64,000 bases of DNA from Trichosphaerium sp. ATCC 40318 (lineage: Eukaryota > Protista > Tubulinea). The notes beneath the pieces are model-generated. The model made no database searches. It had not been told where the DNA came from and was given only the letters and a program-made list of their open reading frames with translations. Below, piece by piece: positions 45,718 through 60,004 of the stretch. The position numbers and the translations under genes were made by a program. Each line of letters begins with the position of its first letter. Position 1 is the stretch's first letter. Location of the stretch: assembly GCA_038496445.1 (NCBI GenBank), contig JALMLS010000404.1, positions 62,001 to 126,000 of the forward strand, given 5' to 3'.

Positions 45718-46720
45718 ATGGAGAGTAATAACCAAAATACCATTTCTACGCTTGGCGAAAGACAATCGTACGTTATTTAACCAAAATACCCGTATTCATA
45801 CGCTATCAAGATCTACAAACCTCCTGGACATACCTGTCGAGATTTTAACGCTTATTCTGACAAATACTGAACAAGCACGTTTCTCAGCAGCGCAAAGCTG
45901 TCAACTACTTAGTTCTATCATCCATAACATCGTTGGGTATAGTACAGTGGCAATAAAAACGTTCGCTCAAGCGTACTTGTTTAACGAAGTGTTCCCTTTC
46001 GAAACAGCAAGAAGGAATACACATATCATCATCAAAACGAGTCTAGTCAAGGACAGCACAAACAACGATGGAGATGACATTGTAACAATCCTTGCCGGAT
46101 TTAAAACATTGGGTATTGAAGGTCTATTCGGTGGTCTTGTTGTTGAAGAGCAAGCCCTTGATAGTACTAATGAGTGTGGGTTACGTACAATTGACCTAAG
46201 TCTATCTTCAGCATCAGACTGTAGTATTAAAATGCTTGCTGGTATTCATACTATAGATCTAAGAAATACTTTTGTTGGAGATGAAGGACTTCAAGCTCTT
46301 GCTGGTGTACATACTATCAATTTAGAGCATTGCTCGATAAGTGATAAAGGTGTAAAGGCTTTAGCTGGTGTACATACTATCAACTTGTGTTATTGCTATG
46401 CGGTTAGTGATGTAGGTGTCAAGGCTTTGGCTGGTGTTCATACGATAAACCTTTCAAGAACACGTGTTACTGACGCCGGTTTAAAATATTTAGTTGGAGT
46501 ACATACCTTGGAGATCATCAGTACATCTGTTAGTGATGATGGGATAAAGGTATTGAAAGGTATTCATACGTTAATAGCGTACCATACGCGCGTCAGCGGG
46601 AATGTTACAATTCCTGGGATACAAGTTTTTGTTCATAAACCTCCGGCTAAAAAAGAAACGAATCTTGTTTTTGAAGACAGCTCTTCTGACGAAGACCTTG
46701 GATTCTCTCTTTTTGGTTGA
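45718..46720 (+). CDS. F-box + 21/22-aa LRR protein with a P-stalk-like acidic tail; intron 45768-45810
   Basis: ATG at 45718 is joined in frame by a GTACGT..AAG intron. F-box LLDIPVEILTLIL; LAGVHTINL repeats; ends EDSSSDEDLGFSLFG*. Confidence 0.85.
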
Positions 46721-47518
46721 AGTGATGAAAAAGGTAGTAGTTTTTGTTTTTATAAGCTATTTTTAGCAAATATTGTTTTCACGTGTTGTAAGAAGACTTT
46801 GATAATCAAATAAAGTAATTATAATTTTTTGCTTTTTGTCCATCACTTAGGTGACTTGTTTATTCTTGAGACACAAAACAACACAAATGTACAAGTTGCT
46901 TATCATGAAACTACTCGTGGAATGGTAACAATAAATACACATTGTCTGTCTCTTTAATCAACAATCCGGTCTAGTCTCTTACATATGCTTAAGTTGTGTA
47001 CCCTTTGCGCTTATCTTCAAGCACCAAAAAGATGTAGGACTAGTTCGCAAACAAGACTTGACACAATGATTTGAAAGTTTTATTTAATATGTTTGATTAG
47101 GACTGGTTTATAGTATTGGTTGTCATGCTAAATTTAGAAGTTCTTCTGCTTGATCCAGTTTGTCGGTCAAGTTTCTTGGTATTTGTTGAAGCTCTGAATT
47201 TAGAAATTCTTCTCCTTGATCCAGTTTGTCTTACAGTTTTCTTTATCCTTATGCTTTCCCACTTTCTTTGTTTAGACTGTCTAGTGTTATACTTTGACCG
47301 GCATTCTCCGTTACCTAAATAGAAATAAACCACAAACTCACTACGGTGAAGATCATTGAAGAAAAAAATTGACTTGAAAAAAGTTGGTTAGATGGTTAAG
47401 TTATAAAGGTTTGAGTTGATGGTTCTCAAGTGTTACTCTGCAGTAGTTAACGCTCTTTCGTATTTAAGAATGTTATTTGAGTGTAGCGTTTAAAGGCTAA
47501 TTTCATGTTTCTCAAACT

Positions 47519-49482
47519 TTAAAAACCCCACTTACTTGAACATTGTGAAGGACGTGATCCACTGGTATCCATCTGCTCGATAAGTTCTAAAACAGTAACA
47601 ACACGACTAAATGATGGTCTGTCTCTTGGTTCACTTTCCCAACAATCTTGCGCCAAGATAGCTAGCTCTGATACATCATCCTTATCCCAAATTTTTTCGT
47701 GGAAATAAGGCCTTTCCGCTTGCATTACAAGACGTCTTCAATAATCAAGTTAGCTAACCTCCGTTTTATTATAAAAGTATTGTTGTACGCTAGCTCTGTT
47801 CTATCTGCAACATCCTTCCAAGCGCGTTCAGAGCATATAAGCTCATAGCAAAGTATACCAAAAGCGTAAACATCCGCCCTAGAGAACATGGTAAGCAATT
47901 CTTGAGTTCTAAGTTCTCTTGCACATACATTTGCCAATCTTTGATTGTTACTTTACCTGGAGTATCAGGGAATAAGGCATAAACTTCTGGAGCCATGTAT
48001 CTTGATAGAGATTTAAGAAAAAGTACAAGAAGCGAAAGGAAAGTGTTTTTTTTCTTTGAATGATGGTAACATACGTTGGTGTACCCATGCCTAAACGGGT
48101 GACATTAATTGATCTACCTCCAATACTTCTTTGTACAGTATTTCTTTCATTCGCTGAAGATACAGAAGAAAGCAAACTAATGCCAGTTGTACCACAGATC
48201 CTTGAAAGCCCAAAATCTAATATTTTCACTTTCGATCCTGCATATACCATAACCTAACAAATAAGTCATTTACTTTACAGATGTATAACCGTAGGTCTTA
48301 CGTTCTCTGCTTTTAAGTCTCTATGTGATCCATTCATTTTATGTATATACTCCATACCAAGAGCAATACCCTTTAAAATCTTCAACCTTCTTTCGAAAAA
48401 CTTGGGCTAAAAAAAACCCAGTTAGCAGTTTTGCTCTCCGGAGGCTACAAAGCGGTACGTTAAAAAGTCAAAGTGTTGAGATTTTAAGCACGTAGGCGCT
48501 TGATTATTCTGGTACATATGCATACCTGAAAAGCATTGTGTATTATAAAATCTCTTAGAGATTTATCCGTGTATGGTAACTCAATGATTTTTGCCAAATC
48601 ATTACCAGGAATATATTGTGTTACAATACCCAATACCTTCCTTGATACACCTCTAATATTGACATCACCTTAAATTATACGTCAACAACAGTAACATTGA
48701 TTTAAAAAACCACTGTGTCAAACTGACCACGTGATATTCAAAAATAAAAACTAAACGAACCATTAATGTATCCAAGGAACTTTACAATATTTTCGTGATG
48801 TAGGGACTTCAATGTCATAACCTCTCTATGAAATAAAGCAGCGTCATCACCCTTTGCATCAGCAGCGATATTTCCTTTAAGTATCTTAACAGCAACTGGC
48901 TCACCAGCAAACATCGCTAGATACACCTCTACGAAAAGAAAACAAAAATTAATTAAAAAAAACAAACATGTATCTAGTGAAAAGTTCATATGTTGCTATC
49001 TTACCTCCGTATACACCGCTACCAAGGCATGCTTCATTATCGTACTTTGATTTGAGCTTGTTTGTAGGTATATACTTATGAAAATAAAGCAGTTTAGAAT
49101 ACACAAAGTAAACTGTTTTTCTTTTTTTTTTCTCAAGTCGTACCTTAACGCCGGCGTCTTTTAGTGCTTGCAGTTCCCTCTCAAACTTCTCCTCGCTTTT
49201 TTCTACACGTTCGTTGACCTCTTTATTCATTTTCTCTCTTTGTTGACGCGCTTCATTTGAGTTTATTTTTGCTTGCTCTAACATACACTTTTCAACCTCA
49301 GCTCGAATTATTTCGCTTTAGTAGAACGTTAGACTCGTGCCAGTTGTACGCACATAAAAAACTCACCGATGCTCTTCTTTCCGATCCTTAGGCTTAAGGA
49401 TAAGGGGTCCCTTATTTAAGTACTCTTGCCCAATTATCGCTAGCATCTGTTGAGCAGTAAGTGCTGGAATAATATTTCCCAT
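47519..49482 (-). CDS. TKL-group protein kinase with N-terminal MG (possible myristoylation) and coiled coil
   Basis: LGSGVYGEVY, VAVKIL, HRDLKAEN, DFGLSR, GTPTYMAPE, DVYAFG, CWESEPRDRPSF. Confidence 0.92.
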
Positions 49483-50289
49483 CGTATAATATGTTCACTA
49501 TAGCTTCGTGGTCAAAGGAACTCAACGTTAAGCCAGGAACAAACAGCGGTTAGAATATTTCCCATCGTGTTGAATATGTTGTTCACTGTTGGTGACGACA
49601 ATCTCATAATACAATAAACTCTGGCTGTATAATGGTGAGATAATACTGTATTTAGTCTCAAATTGTATTGAACTCAACTGTTAAACCAGGAACAAACCAC
49701 CAGCGTTGCTAAGTCACGATAATTCACTTAATAAAATAAAACACACTTAACTGTCGTACCTCGCACCTTTTCTCGTAACATGTATTTGTAACGCTGTGAA
49801 AAAAAAGAACACGTGTTTTTTTTGAATTGAAGGTGTAGATTACATTAATGTGAGGTTTGCAAGATGTGAAAGATCCGGCATCTAAAAGTCAGTTTGTCAC
49901 ACAACTTTAATGAGACAGAATAATCCCTGTAACATGTCAAATACATTTTTATAGTCTTTTATTGCATTTTATTTATGCACATAATGCTGATACCTTTGTT
50001 TTGATAGTTCTTCAGTTGTCACTTTTCACACCAGCTGACTTGCAGGGTTATTAACTTAAGCTGTTGTTTTCACTTTGGCCACTTGATGTGCATGTGATTG
50101 CATACTAGAAAGAGTATGTAGTCCAACTTAGTATTCATAACTAGAATGTCATAATATCAACCAGCGGATTCGACTTTTCTTTGTTGTCTACAAACCACCA
50201 GGAGGATGGTGGCTGTAATGTTGTACAGGGTTTATTAAAGGTGAACGATTAATTAGATTACTTACGATTAATTAATTAGATTGGGGCGG

Positions 50290-51955
50290 ATGAATTAACA
50301 ACAGTGTCCTAACAAAAAAACATCAGTACTAACTCAAAGAACAAAAATAAATTTCCAATAAATAGTGTATCCTACAATGAAGTATGGTGTGGGTTAGGTC
50401 ACAGTGACATATAAGGGGTATCATGTCATCACGTGTTTACAAAGAAGAATTAGGTTTAGTACCGGAAAAGGAAATCGATCTTTCCATGCCATCACAACTG
50501 TTAGAATATCATCAGCCGGGCGATATATCATTATTTGCTGAGCTTAGCAATTGATTCAATCAAAGCAGTAGCTTCATCAACATGCTTGGAAGCACCGTCA
50601 ACAGCCAGTTGAATTCTTCAAAAAAAGTAAATATGCTGTAAGTTAACTAGGAAACTTTAGCGTACATTTCTCTTTCGAGTTGAGCACCAATCTTAACGAA
50701 GCCTCCCTTGTTTTCACACTTACCACAGTAATTAGAAGCAGTGAAAACAGTCAGAACGCGTTTGTCATGAGAGTATTCGAATCCCTGAAGTAATAATTAG
50801 AACTTAATTAAAATAAAGTCAGAACTGTACCTCCTTAACAAGCTGGTGAGATCTAATAATAACGTCGATCCCGTTGGCATCACAGAAAGTCTTAGTTACG
50901 AGAGATCCCCATATGAATCCAGCGCCTCTTGGGCTAATACCAAATAACGTCACGTTAGGATCAGGGTCACTCCAGAGTAAGTCTAGAAGAATAGCTATAA
51001 GCTTCAAAGCCAAAAAACAAAACTAGGAAAAGAACACTGTACCAGTAACAGGACCATGTACAGGTACATCAGATCCACGAGGCATATCAGCAATTTGCTT
51101 CAAGGTACTAATACTTGGCGATAATCCACCATGAACGACAAATGTCTAAAGCAAAGTAAGAAAGGAAAGAAAAGAAAAAAACAAGTATGAAAGACCGTAC
51201 CTTGTTGTTAACCATTGCAGCAAGAGGTAAATCGTCAAATACGCTACAGCACAATTCATGCAATTCGTCACCTGCCTTGTGGTGCATAGTGTAAAGCTCT
51301 GCCTTGAACCCATATCTACAAACGAACATCAGAAGATGGAACAAAAAGTACAGCAAAAACCAAACACCGACGTACACTTCGGATATTTTAACGCATTCGT
51401 GGTTTCCACGAAGAAGGTAGACATTAGTTGGGAATAGGAGTTTCAAGAGAAGAATCAATTGAATACAAGCTACCGAGTTGTCTCCTCTAAAAGCAAGAAT
51501 GAGGCGATGAGAAGTGTTGGTGATAAAGTATCGTACCTGTCGACGATGTCGCCCATGAACAAGTATTTTGTTTCAGCTGGTGATCCTCCAATGCGAAGTA
51601 CTTCTAAGAGAAAGGTAGTTAGCACAAAGAAGTTAAAAATAAAAGTGAACATCAATTTTAGAAAACGGCTTGGGTACCTTTGAGGTCTTCAAACTCTCCA
51701 TGGATATCTCCTACAGCGACTAATGGGGCTGTCAGTTGAAGTAGAGAAGATTCGGCTGCAAACTTAGATTTAACCTACAAGAAGAGTAAGTGACCGTTGG
51801 TGACACGTGAGATTGACGTTTCGTACTGCTTTGCAAATTTTTCTGAAGCTTTCTTCATCGAGTTTCTCGTTCTTGTTTACTATGCTCAGCCAAGTCTTGA
51901 GCGTATCAGTAGGTATTGTCATTGTTTCTTGAGTAGTAGGGTTTGTTTCTGTCAT
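50290..51955 (-). CDS. PPP-family Ser/Thr phosphatase (PP2A/PP4/PP6-like, divergent); 3' end approximate
   Basis: [51 protein letters not shown]. Confidence 0.93.
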
Positions 51956-52479
51956 TGCGGAGGTGTTGCTTTGATAGTTGAGTAGTTGTTGTTTTGTCAC
52001 TAGCGAACTAAGGTTTTGGCGATCAAAATCAAGAGCAACCCAAAAACTGATGTTCGAGCATTGAGCATCATGGGTAAAGGTATTACGGGGTTTGAATGAC
52101 TCTACTAACTTAAAGCGTAACAGCTAAAATTGATGTTCAATATTTCAGCCGAACAAAAAAGTCATTAACGTTTTCTCAAAGTACTCTGTATTAGGTGTTG
52201 TATAATTCTACTTACTAGTAGCTGCATTTGCTAAATTGATGTTCAACTTTTTCTGCTAAAAGTTGACATAGACTCTGTCTTGCAAAACTATTCGTAGACC
52301 ATCGTAGACGGGCTTGTGTAAGCCAAAATAGCGAAATAGAGCGAGTATCTCTTGAACTTTATTTCAGATTTACAAGCATGATGAAGTCACAGCGCTTAGT
52401 ATTAATGTATGTGTTTCGCATAAACCCTCAAGGGAATAAATAAGTCTTTGTATTTTCTATCCAGCCCTGTTTTTCTTTA

Positions 52480-53190
52480 GGCTTGAAAGTGCTTTAGAAA
52501 TAGCCGAAGGCTCAGGTATTTCATTTGAAGCTATGGGCATTGTTGGGACTTCCCAGTACCTGACAATTGTCGAGTGGTATTCTAGCTGCAATTGCCATTA
52601 TTAAAACTGAGGGTTTAGCTTCAGTTGCCTTCGAAGAAAAAAAATAAGAAAAACAATAATCCAAACGCTTACACAAAACTTGTTGAGTTACGTTAGAGCT
52701 CTGTGATAATTGGAAATTACTAGTGCGAACAGTGATAGTATCATACCAAAGTTTGGCAATGTATATCTGCAATGTGTAGGAGGCAAGGCAAGAAAGCATA
52801 TTTAATAAACGAGGAAAATCACAATACAATTTATGACTTTGCAGGCAATTCTAATAGTTTGTTGGCATTTTAGAAACACGGTACCCGGCTCCCTTCCGGC
52901 CATAAACAAAATTACAACCAACGATGACACAAAGTACTCAAAAGCAAGATTCAACAAAGAATACAACGCCTGAAAACGTCGACAGTCTGGCGTGCTTCGA
53001 ACGTTGAATCCTACATCTGGATAGCTTAGACATGTAACCCACTTGTAGCTAAAATCGATGATAAAGTGACGCAGCAAGTATACACAAAACTCACCGTTAC
53101 TAAAAAAAATTAGGATAACTCAGAACCAGCAATTTGATTGCTGCATAGTTCAATGGCAACGAACAAAATACATAATAAATTCTCCCACAT
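52480..53190 (-). CDS. Possible multi-exon membrane protein
   Basis: Hydrophobic ORF fragments starting MWENLLCILFVAI. No recognisable domain. Confidence 0.25.
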
Positions 53191-54205
53191 TTCTGCACTT
53201 TATTTTCTTTTCTATCATTACACTTCAACGTGAAAAAGTGCTGAAACAAGTAATTTCACATTAAAACGTAAAAAAGGAATAATCGTTTAGTTGCACGTTT
53301 GGCGAAACAAAACTTTGCCGAAACGGTTCTACAGTGTAAACAGGCTACACAAGGCTTTATGAGCATTTTTCAAATGTGCATTATCCATATTTGAGTAGTT
53401 TGAGTGGATATTTCAGTGAACTCTATCCCATAATTTTTTTTGGATTATAATGTTGTGCATAAAAGTATTGTTGGATTTATCCATAAATGTGAAAGCGATC
53501 GAGGTTTCTTTCATAAAAAACAACGGCTGTACAATGAGTATGATATAATAGGGTACACACAAGAAGGCAATTTTATCTTCCAACACATCGTGACTTGATG
53601 TAAGAGTTGGGTTACAAGGTCTAGTGCACAGTGTATTCTATATTATCCGTCTCATTGAGGTGGGCTGCCATCGAACTTGGCTCAAGGCTTTGATGTAGAA
53701 GATCAAGCTTTGACTGCCATTGGACTTGGCCTCCAGGAGCTTTGCTGTGCTGCAAAGCTTCTAAGGGCCCTCAACTGCTATCTTCGGGTTCTACAACTGA
53801 TGATTAAGGTAGTTGCGTTGTTTTTTTTTGCAGTATCTATGCAGAAGTACTTTTGACATATTCCACGTTGGTGACTATGTTTTTTAATTTACAGCTGTTG
53901 CTGTGCAAGCTGAGCATTCCTTAAGAGTACATCAATTTTGCTGAAAACTCTCCCTGCTGTTAGGTCTATCTACCTCCAAGTGTTGCAGTCTATTACCACG
54001 TGGGTTTTTGTACTTTGGCATAGTTTTCTTTTTAAGTAATTTGCACATGTTGTCAACGCTTGTAAGCGTACCTAATTTATCCAAATACATGCCATGCTAC
54101 GTATTTAATATATACAGCATAGGACTTCTTTTAGTGAGCACTAGATAAGTTGCCCACTTGTTAAGTTAGAGTATCTGAAACCTAGACAACAAAGGACAAG
54201 AAATC

Positions 54206-54949
54206 ATGATAAGTGCTTTGAAATCAAATTACTGTCACCACTTGAACCTTCCGCTTGAGCTACAACTTGATATAATTGATTTAGACTTTGCAGTTTATGT
54301 ACAATGGCCTCTTCTATCAAAATACACTGCAACAATCACAAGGTTTGATGATGAACTAAAAAAACATGGAAAGTGGATAAAAAGCATAATTTTGTATTAC
54401 TACGACAGTAAGCGAAATAAGTACTCTATCCACTACAAACGTAAGGTAAAATAGCAAAAAATTACCAGCGCCAATCTAGTGATAGCACCAATAACTTCAA
54501 CTTAAGGCCATAAACGCAGCTGCAAACTAATTTGCCTTTTTGACTTCCTTGTTCACGTGATCTTTATTACAAATACGTTAGGCTGAGTGTAGTTTCAAAC
54601 ATGATCTGCTTCATGGGGAATACAAAGAGTGGGATCGATTTAATGATCATTTACAGCAGCATTGTTACTACATAGATGGTTTTCTTGAAGGAGAATACAA
54701 GTATTTTTATGATAATGGCAACATAACCCTTCATGGTTATTACATCAAAGGCAAACGAGAAGGAGAGTTCAAAGGGTGGCATGATAATGGGCAGCTACAC
54801 AGTGAATACTGTTGTGTTGATGGCATCTGGAAGGAGAGTATAAAGCATGGCACAGAAATGGCCAATTAGAAGAAAAATACAGCTGTATTAAAAGTAGATA
54901 TCATGGAGAGCACAAGATATGGTACAGTGAGGTCAAATTAGATGTGTAA
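54206..54949 (+). pseudogene. F-box-like + MORN-variant repeat gene with intron 54446-54581 and a frameshift near 54828
   Basis: HLNLPLELQLDII; repeats LHGEYKEW, DGFLEGEYKYFYDNG, KGKREGEFKGWHDNGQL, then (frame-shifted) LEGEYKAWHRNGQL. Confidence 0.75.
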
Positions 54950-55476
54950 TTATGAGCAGGCACATGTGAATGGAGAAAACAATGGGATAATAACGTCAAT
55001 TAATTGCAGAATATCATCGCACAATACTTATGGATTGTAACAAGTTGGGATTATTTATGTAACACTATCTTGTGCTTGTTCTTAATTTGATGTTCATTTT
55101 TGTTTTGAGAATATCATCGCACAATACTTATGGATTGTTGGTGTTATTTTATTTGCATTGTAATGCTGGCAGTTGGTTTTTTGATTATTTATGTAATTAG
55201 CACTATCTTGTGCTTGTTCTTAATTTGATGTTCATTTTTGTTTTGACTCTCATTGTATTTTCCATGTTTCCAGCATATGCCGTTACATACTCCATAGAAA
55301 GTCAATTGCATTGCAATATTCCATAAGGTATATTTTGACTCTCGAAGTTATGACCTTTATTACTCCACTTATCTTGTTAGAAGTCAGTTTCAGCGACAGT
55401 CTTTTTTGGTTGGTTTTAAGTCACATCGTCCTTAGAAGTCTTTCGTTATCAATTTTTTTTATGTATTATCTAAAAG

Positions 55477-57800
55477 GAGGATGAAAGCGAATTATTTTAT
55501 GATATGGGTCACGTGGGTTACTGCAGTACTTGCTGGTTCGCATTTCTTTTGTCTTTATGTCTTCGCACAAAATATACACTTACAAAGAGCAAAGCACGCC
55601 CGTCTGGTAACTCACTGTACTTTTCTGGCGTCTCTGGTGATATTAGTGAAAATGGTAATGGAGCGCTCAAGATCAAGTTAAACGCTACTGAATATGATGA
55701 GTTTACATTCGCTGCATGGATAAAATTCGCCAGGTAAGAATAACATTTTAGTATTCAACAAGTTGTACACCACTAATTAATCTTTTTCCGTAATTAGAGT
55801 TTGTAATACAACTAAAAATGATTGTAATATTGACGCGGTGTTCGCTAATAAGTATGCTGGTTGTGGCGACCGTCCAGGAGACGCTTTATTTGTTGGTAAG
55901 AGTAACCTCAATAAATCACTATTTTAAAAATACTAACACGTGTGTAGGTAAAGCTGGTAGTGGTTTACAGCAACTTACTTATGAAAGCGCTGCAGGAGGC
56001 TGTATTGCTTATACCACAGACGATTACCTTGTGCCTTCGGATGAATGGGTAAGTAGACAGATTCGGATTACCCAAACTTGGTGATCACAAACTCGTATTA
56101 AAATTTAACCGTATTACTCAGATCTTTGCTTATTTGTTGAAGGTTTTAGTGGCGTTTACACGTTCTTGGATATCAAATATGACAACGAAATACTTAATCT
56201 CTGACAGAGTGTTTCGCTTTAATAAGACTTTTAATAATTTGCCTCATGCAACAATTTCAGATTGCTACATTGGTGCCTTCCCTGATCCAGTCCGCATTGT
56301 TCATAGCTTCAACGTACATTATTGTTTTACTCCATTTATCTGTTAATACGTGCACAATTAGGGAAGTATTGATAACGTTGGAATTTGGTCAAAGGTTCTC
56401 ACCGAAACAGAAATATCAAATTTTGCTTCGAATCCTTTTGATGATAGTGATCATGACAGTCTTATTGGATACTTTACTTTTGATAACCAACTTGCTCCAA
56501 GTGGCGATATTACAGATACAGAAAACAAAGTATTTGCAGAGCGAATAGGAACTGGAGCAAAACCACTTTTTCGTAAGTCATCGAAAAAAAATCACAGAAG
56601 TTAATTTACAGATTAGAATATGGAACACAATTGTCAGATTCCCCTATTCCTCCACCACCAGAATCTCCAACTACATTGATGCCAACATCAATACCAACTA
56701 GTTCGAGTTGCATAAATGGAAGTGTGTTTGATGACAGCTTTTGTGATGGAGATATTGTTGTTGTTCAAAAAGATTTGGTTGTAGTGGACACACATTTCCT
56801 TGAAGATAAGCTGGTAGTTAGAGGTACACTGAGGTATAATTTTAGCAACACTAACAGTGTGAATTTCAGGTGATTTTACCTTGGGATCAGGAGGAGCTCT
56901 TATATTCAGTGAGAATACAACAATAACTGTTGATGATTGTGTGACTTTAGAAGGCGAGATTGTACTGAATTTCATTACCTCTTCCAAGGTACCGCTCATC
57001 AGATGGAAAGAAAATTGTGAAGCTCCGAAGTTAGATTCATTCAGCATTCGAAACACCAATGGTTGCTCTGTTGAGGCATCCATATCAGGCACGAGACTGT
57101 TTCATTGTCTAAACAAATGTATTAACTGTTTATAGGGCGGACACTCCTTGTTCTATCACAATTTGCACCACAGGGAAGATGTAAAAGTGGCTCAATATAT
57201 ATTAGTGGATATATACTTGTTTCTGTTGTAATGTGGTTTGTACTCATGTAGCAAATAAACGTAATTTAGAACCAACACTTTTAGCTTGGGTATGATTATT
57301 CATGTGTTCCTAGTTTACTGTGAAGACTTGAATGCTTGTGTAAGTAGTATTTGCTTTGTCAGCATATCGTGAGTTCACAGACTAACAGATGGCAACGAAC
57401 ATCCCTTGTCTCACACACAACTAATACTCCTTACTTCATTAACTTCGTTTATTACTTGTACAAGACATTTACTACATTGCTCGTAGGTTGCTCAAACCTT
57501 TGTCGCGAAAAAAGGATCCTCTAAAACCTGCCTCTTTAGTTACAATAGCCTGTTTTAGCGTAAGAGTTCTTCCACCTCGAGAATATCAGCGAGAATCTCG
57601 TTTGGCATGTCTAACAGCATTTTGACATCTGTATCACGGGTGTTATCCATTCTTTTCTGTAGTTGTAAGAAAGAGTGGCTGCCTTCAATAGTTAATATCG
57701 CAAAAGTCTATTGAGGATTTATGTCTGGTAATAGTGTTTGCGTGAACCTCTCCTTGATCAGTGAAAGTAAAAAAAGGTAGTGTTTAATGTTTTAAGACTG
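55477..57800 (+). CDS. LamG/concanavalin-like + Pro/Thr stalk + beta-rich domain + TM segments; surface-receptor-like gene, copy A (ends uncertain, may be disrupted)
   Basis: FTFAAWIKF, W|VLVAFT, GSIDNVGIWSKVLTETEI, LIGYFTFD (LamG); PPPPESPTT stalk; hydrophobic 3' exons. Confidence 0.6.
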
Positions 57801-58191
57801 GTGACAGTAGAATCACGGGATTGATACCATATATTACTACCACTTTAGCAACGCTTGTGCTCTGGTCATGTGAATCAACAGTTGTTGCTTACTTTTGTTT
57901 ATTAGCAGTGGCGTATGTGCCAATATGAGCGTTTGACTGTATAATCAAGCAAGCACAACCAACATTGGCAAATTGGGTAAACTAAAGAAAACCTGAAATA
58001 ACCAAACGTCATATCACGTGATAGCTCATTATAAAATAACACGAGATATTTTAAATTAATTATTTAGCTGGTTCGAGTTGAACGACGCTGACAAACATCA
58101 GGCAGAAAAAAATCAAGTCTTTTCGATTTTAAGCCTATTCGTCCTTAATCGTTTTAAAATTGACTTCCCTTCTCGTACATATGTCTCAAAC

Positions 58192-60004
58192 AAGGATGAG
58201 AGTGTATTATTTTATGATATGGATCGCGTGGGTTACTGCAGTACTTGCTGGTTAGCCTTATTTATTTTTTGTCTTTATGTCTTCGCACAAAATATACACT
58301 TACAAAGAGCAAAGCACGCCCGTCTGGTAACTCACTGTACTTTTCTGGCGTCTCTGGTGATATTAGTGAAAATGGTAATGGAGCGCTCAAGATCAAGTTA
58401 AACGCTACTGAATATGATGAGTTTACATTCGCTGCATGGATAAACTTCGCCAGGTAAAAGAATTCTTTTCCTTCCCTTAATTGCCAAAACAATATTGAGC
58501 TCGTTACCTATAATTAGGGTTTGTAATGCAACAGAAGAAAATTGCAAGATTGATACGATATTTACTAGTAAGTATGCTGGGTGTTACCGTTCAGGAGACG
58601 CATTATTTGTTGGTACGAAGGAAAATAACTGCTTTTAAAAAAGGACCACGTGCTCACAAAAAAACAAATAAAAGGGAAACACGATGTTGGTTTGCAACAG
58701 CTTACTTATGAAAATGCAATTGATAGTTGCTTTGCTTATACTACTGATAATTATCTGGTACCATCCAATGAGTGGGTAAGTAGTAGAAACAACAAAAGTT
58801 TTAAAAAAAAAGATCAAAACATGTTGCCTTCATGTCGCTTCTATGAATACGCTTAGTATTTTGTTCAGGTTTTGGTGGCGTTTACACGTTCTTGGATATC
58901 AAATATGACAACAAAATACTTGATTTCTGACAGAGTGTTTCGCTTTAATGAGACTTTCAATGATTTGCCTCATACAACCATTTCAGAATGCTATATTGGT
59001 GGCTTCCCTGATCCAGTCCGTATTGTTCATAGCTTCAATGTACATTAATTTTTCACTTGCCCATTTATTTGTTAATACGTGCATAATTAGGGAAGTATTG
59101 ATAACGTTGGAATTTGGTCAAAGGTTCTTTCTGAAACAGAAATATCAAATTTTGCTTCGAATCCTTTTGACGATAGTGATCATGACAGTCTTATTGGATA
59201 CTTTACTTTTGATAACCAACTTGCTCCAAACGGCGATATTACAGATACAGAAAACAAAGTATTTGCAGAGCGAATAGGAACTGGAGCAAAACCACTTTTT
59301 CGTAAGTCATCGAAAAAAAATCACAGAAGTTAATTTACAGATTAGAATATGGAACACAATTGTCAGATTTACCTATTTCTCCTCCTACAGAATCTCCAAC
59401 ACTAACACCAACATTAACACCCGCCCCGATATCAAGTTGCATAAATGGGAGTGTATTTGATGACAGTTTTTGTGATGGAGATACTGTTATTGTTCCTAAA
59501 GATGTGGTTGTATTGGACACACATTTCCTTGAAGATAACATTATAGTTAGAGGTACAACAAAGCAACACATTCAAAAATACGCTGTAATTTTAGCAACAC
59601 TAACAGTGTTGCATATAAGGTGACTTTACCTTGGGATCAGGAGGAGCTCTTATATTCAGTGAGAATACAACAATAACTGTTGATGATTGTGTGACTTTAG
59701 AAGGCGAGATTGTATTGAATTTCATTACCTCTTCCAAAGTATCACTCATCAGATGGAAAGAAAATTGTGAAGCTCCGAAGTTAGATTCATTCACTGTTCG
59801 AAACACCAATGGTTGCTCTGTTGAGGCATCCATATCAGGTACAAGACTCTTCCAATGTTGCCAACTGAGAAATTTATAAGGGCAAACACTCCTTGTTCTA
59901 TTACAGGTCCCATCACAAGGAAAGTGTAGCAACGGTTCAATAGCAATTAGTGGGTATATACTTGTTTCTGTAATAATGTGGTTTGTACTCATGTAGCAAA
60001 TAAA
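58192..60004 (+). repeat. Direct ~1.8-kb duplicate of 55477-57259 (LamG receptor-like copy B, truncated after the first TM)
   Basis: Long near-identical blocks, including an intron. Homology stops after gtactcatgtagcaaataaa. Confidence 0.9.

Noticed and set aside
47097-47333. Overlapping short ORFs with a ~33-bp duplicated motif
   Set aside because: Local duplication, no recognisable domain.
55008-55246. Short interleaved direct repeats (similar ones at 49470-49700)
   Set aside because: Look like local slippage or repair duplications, with no TIR, TSD or coding signal.
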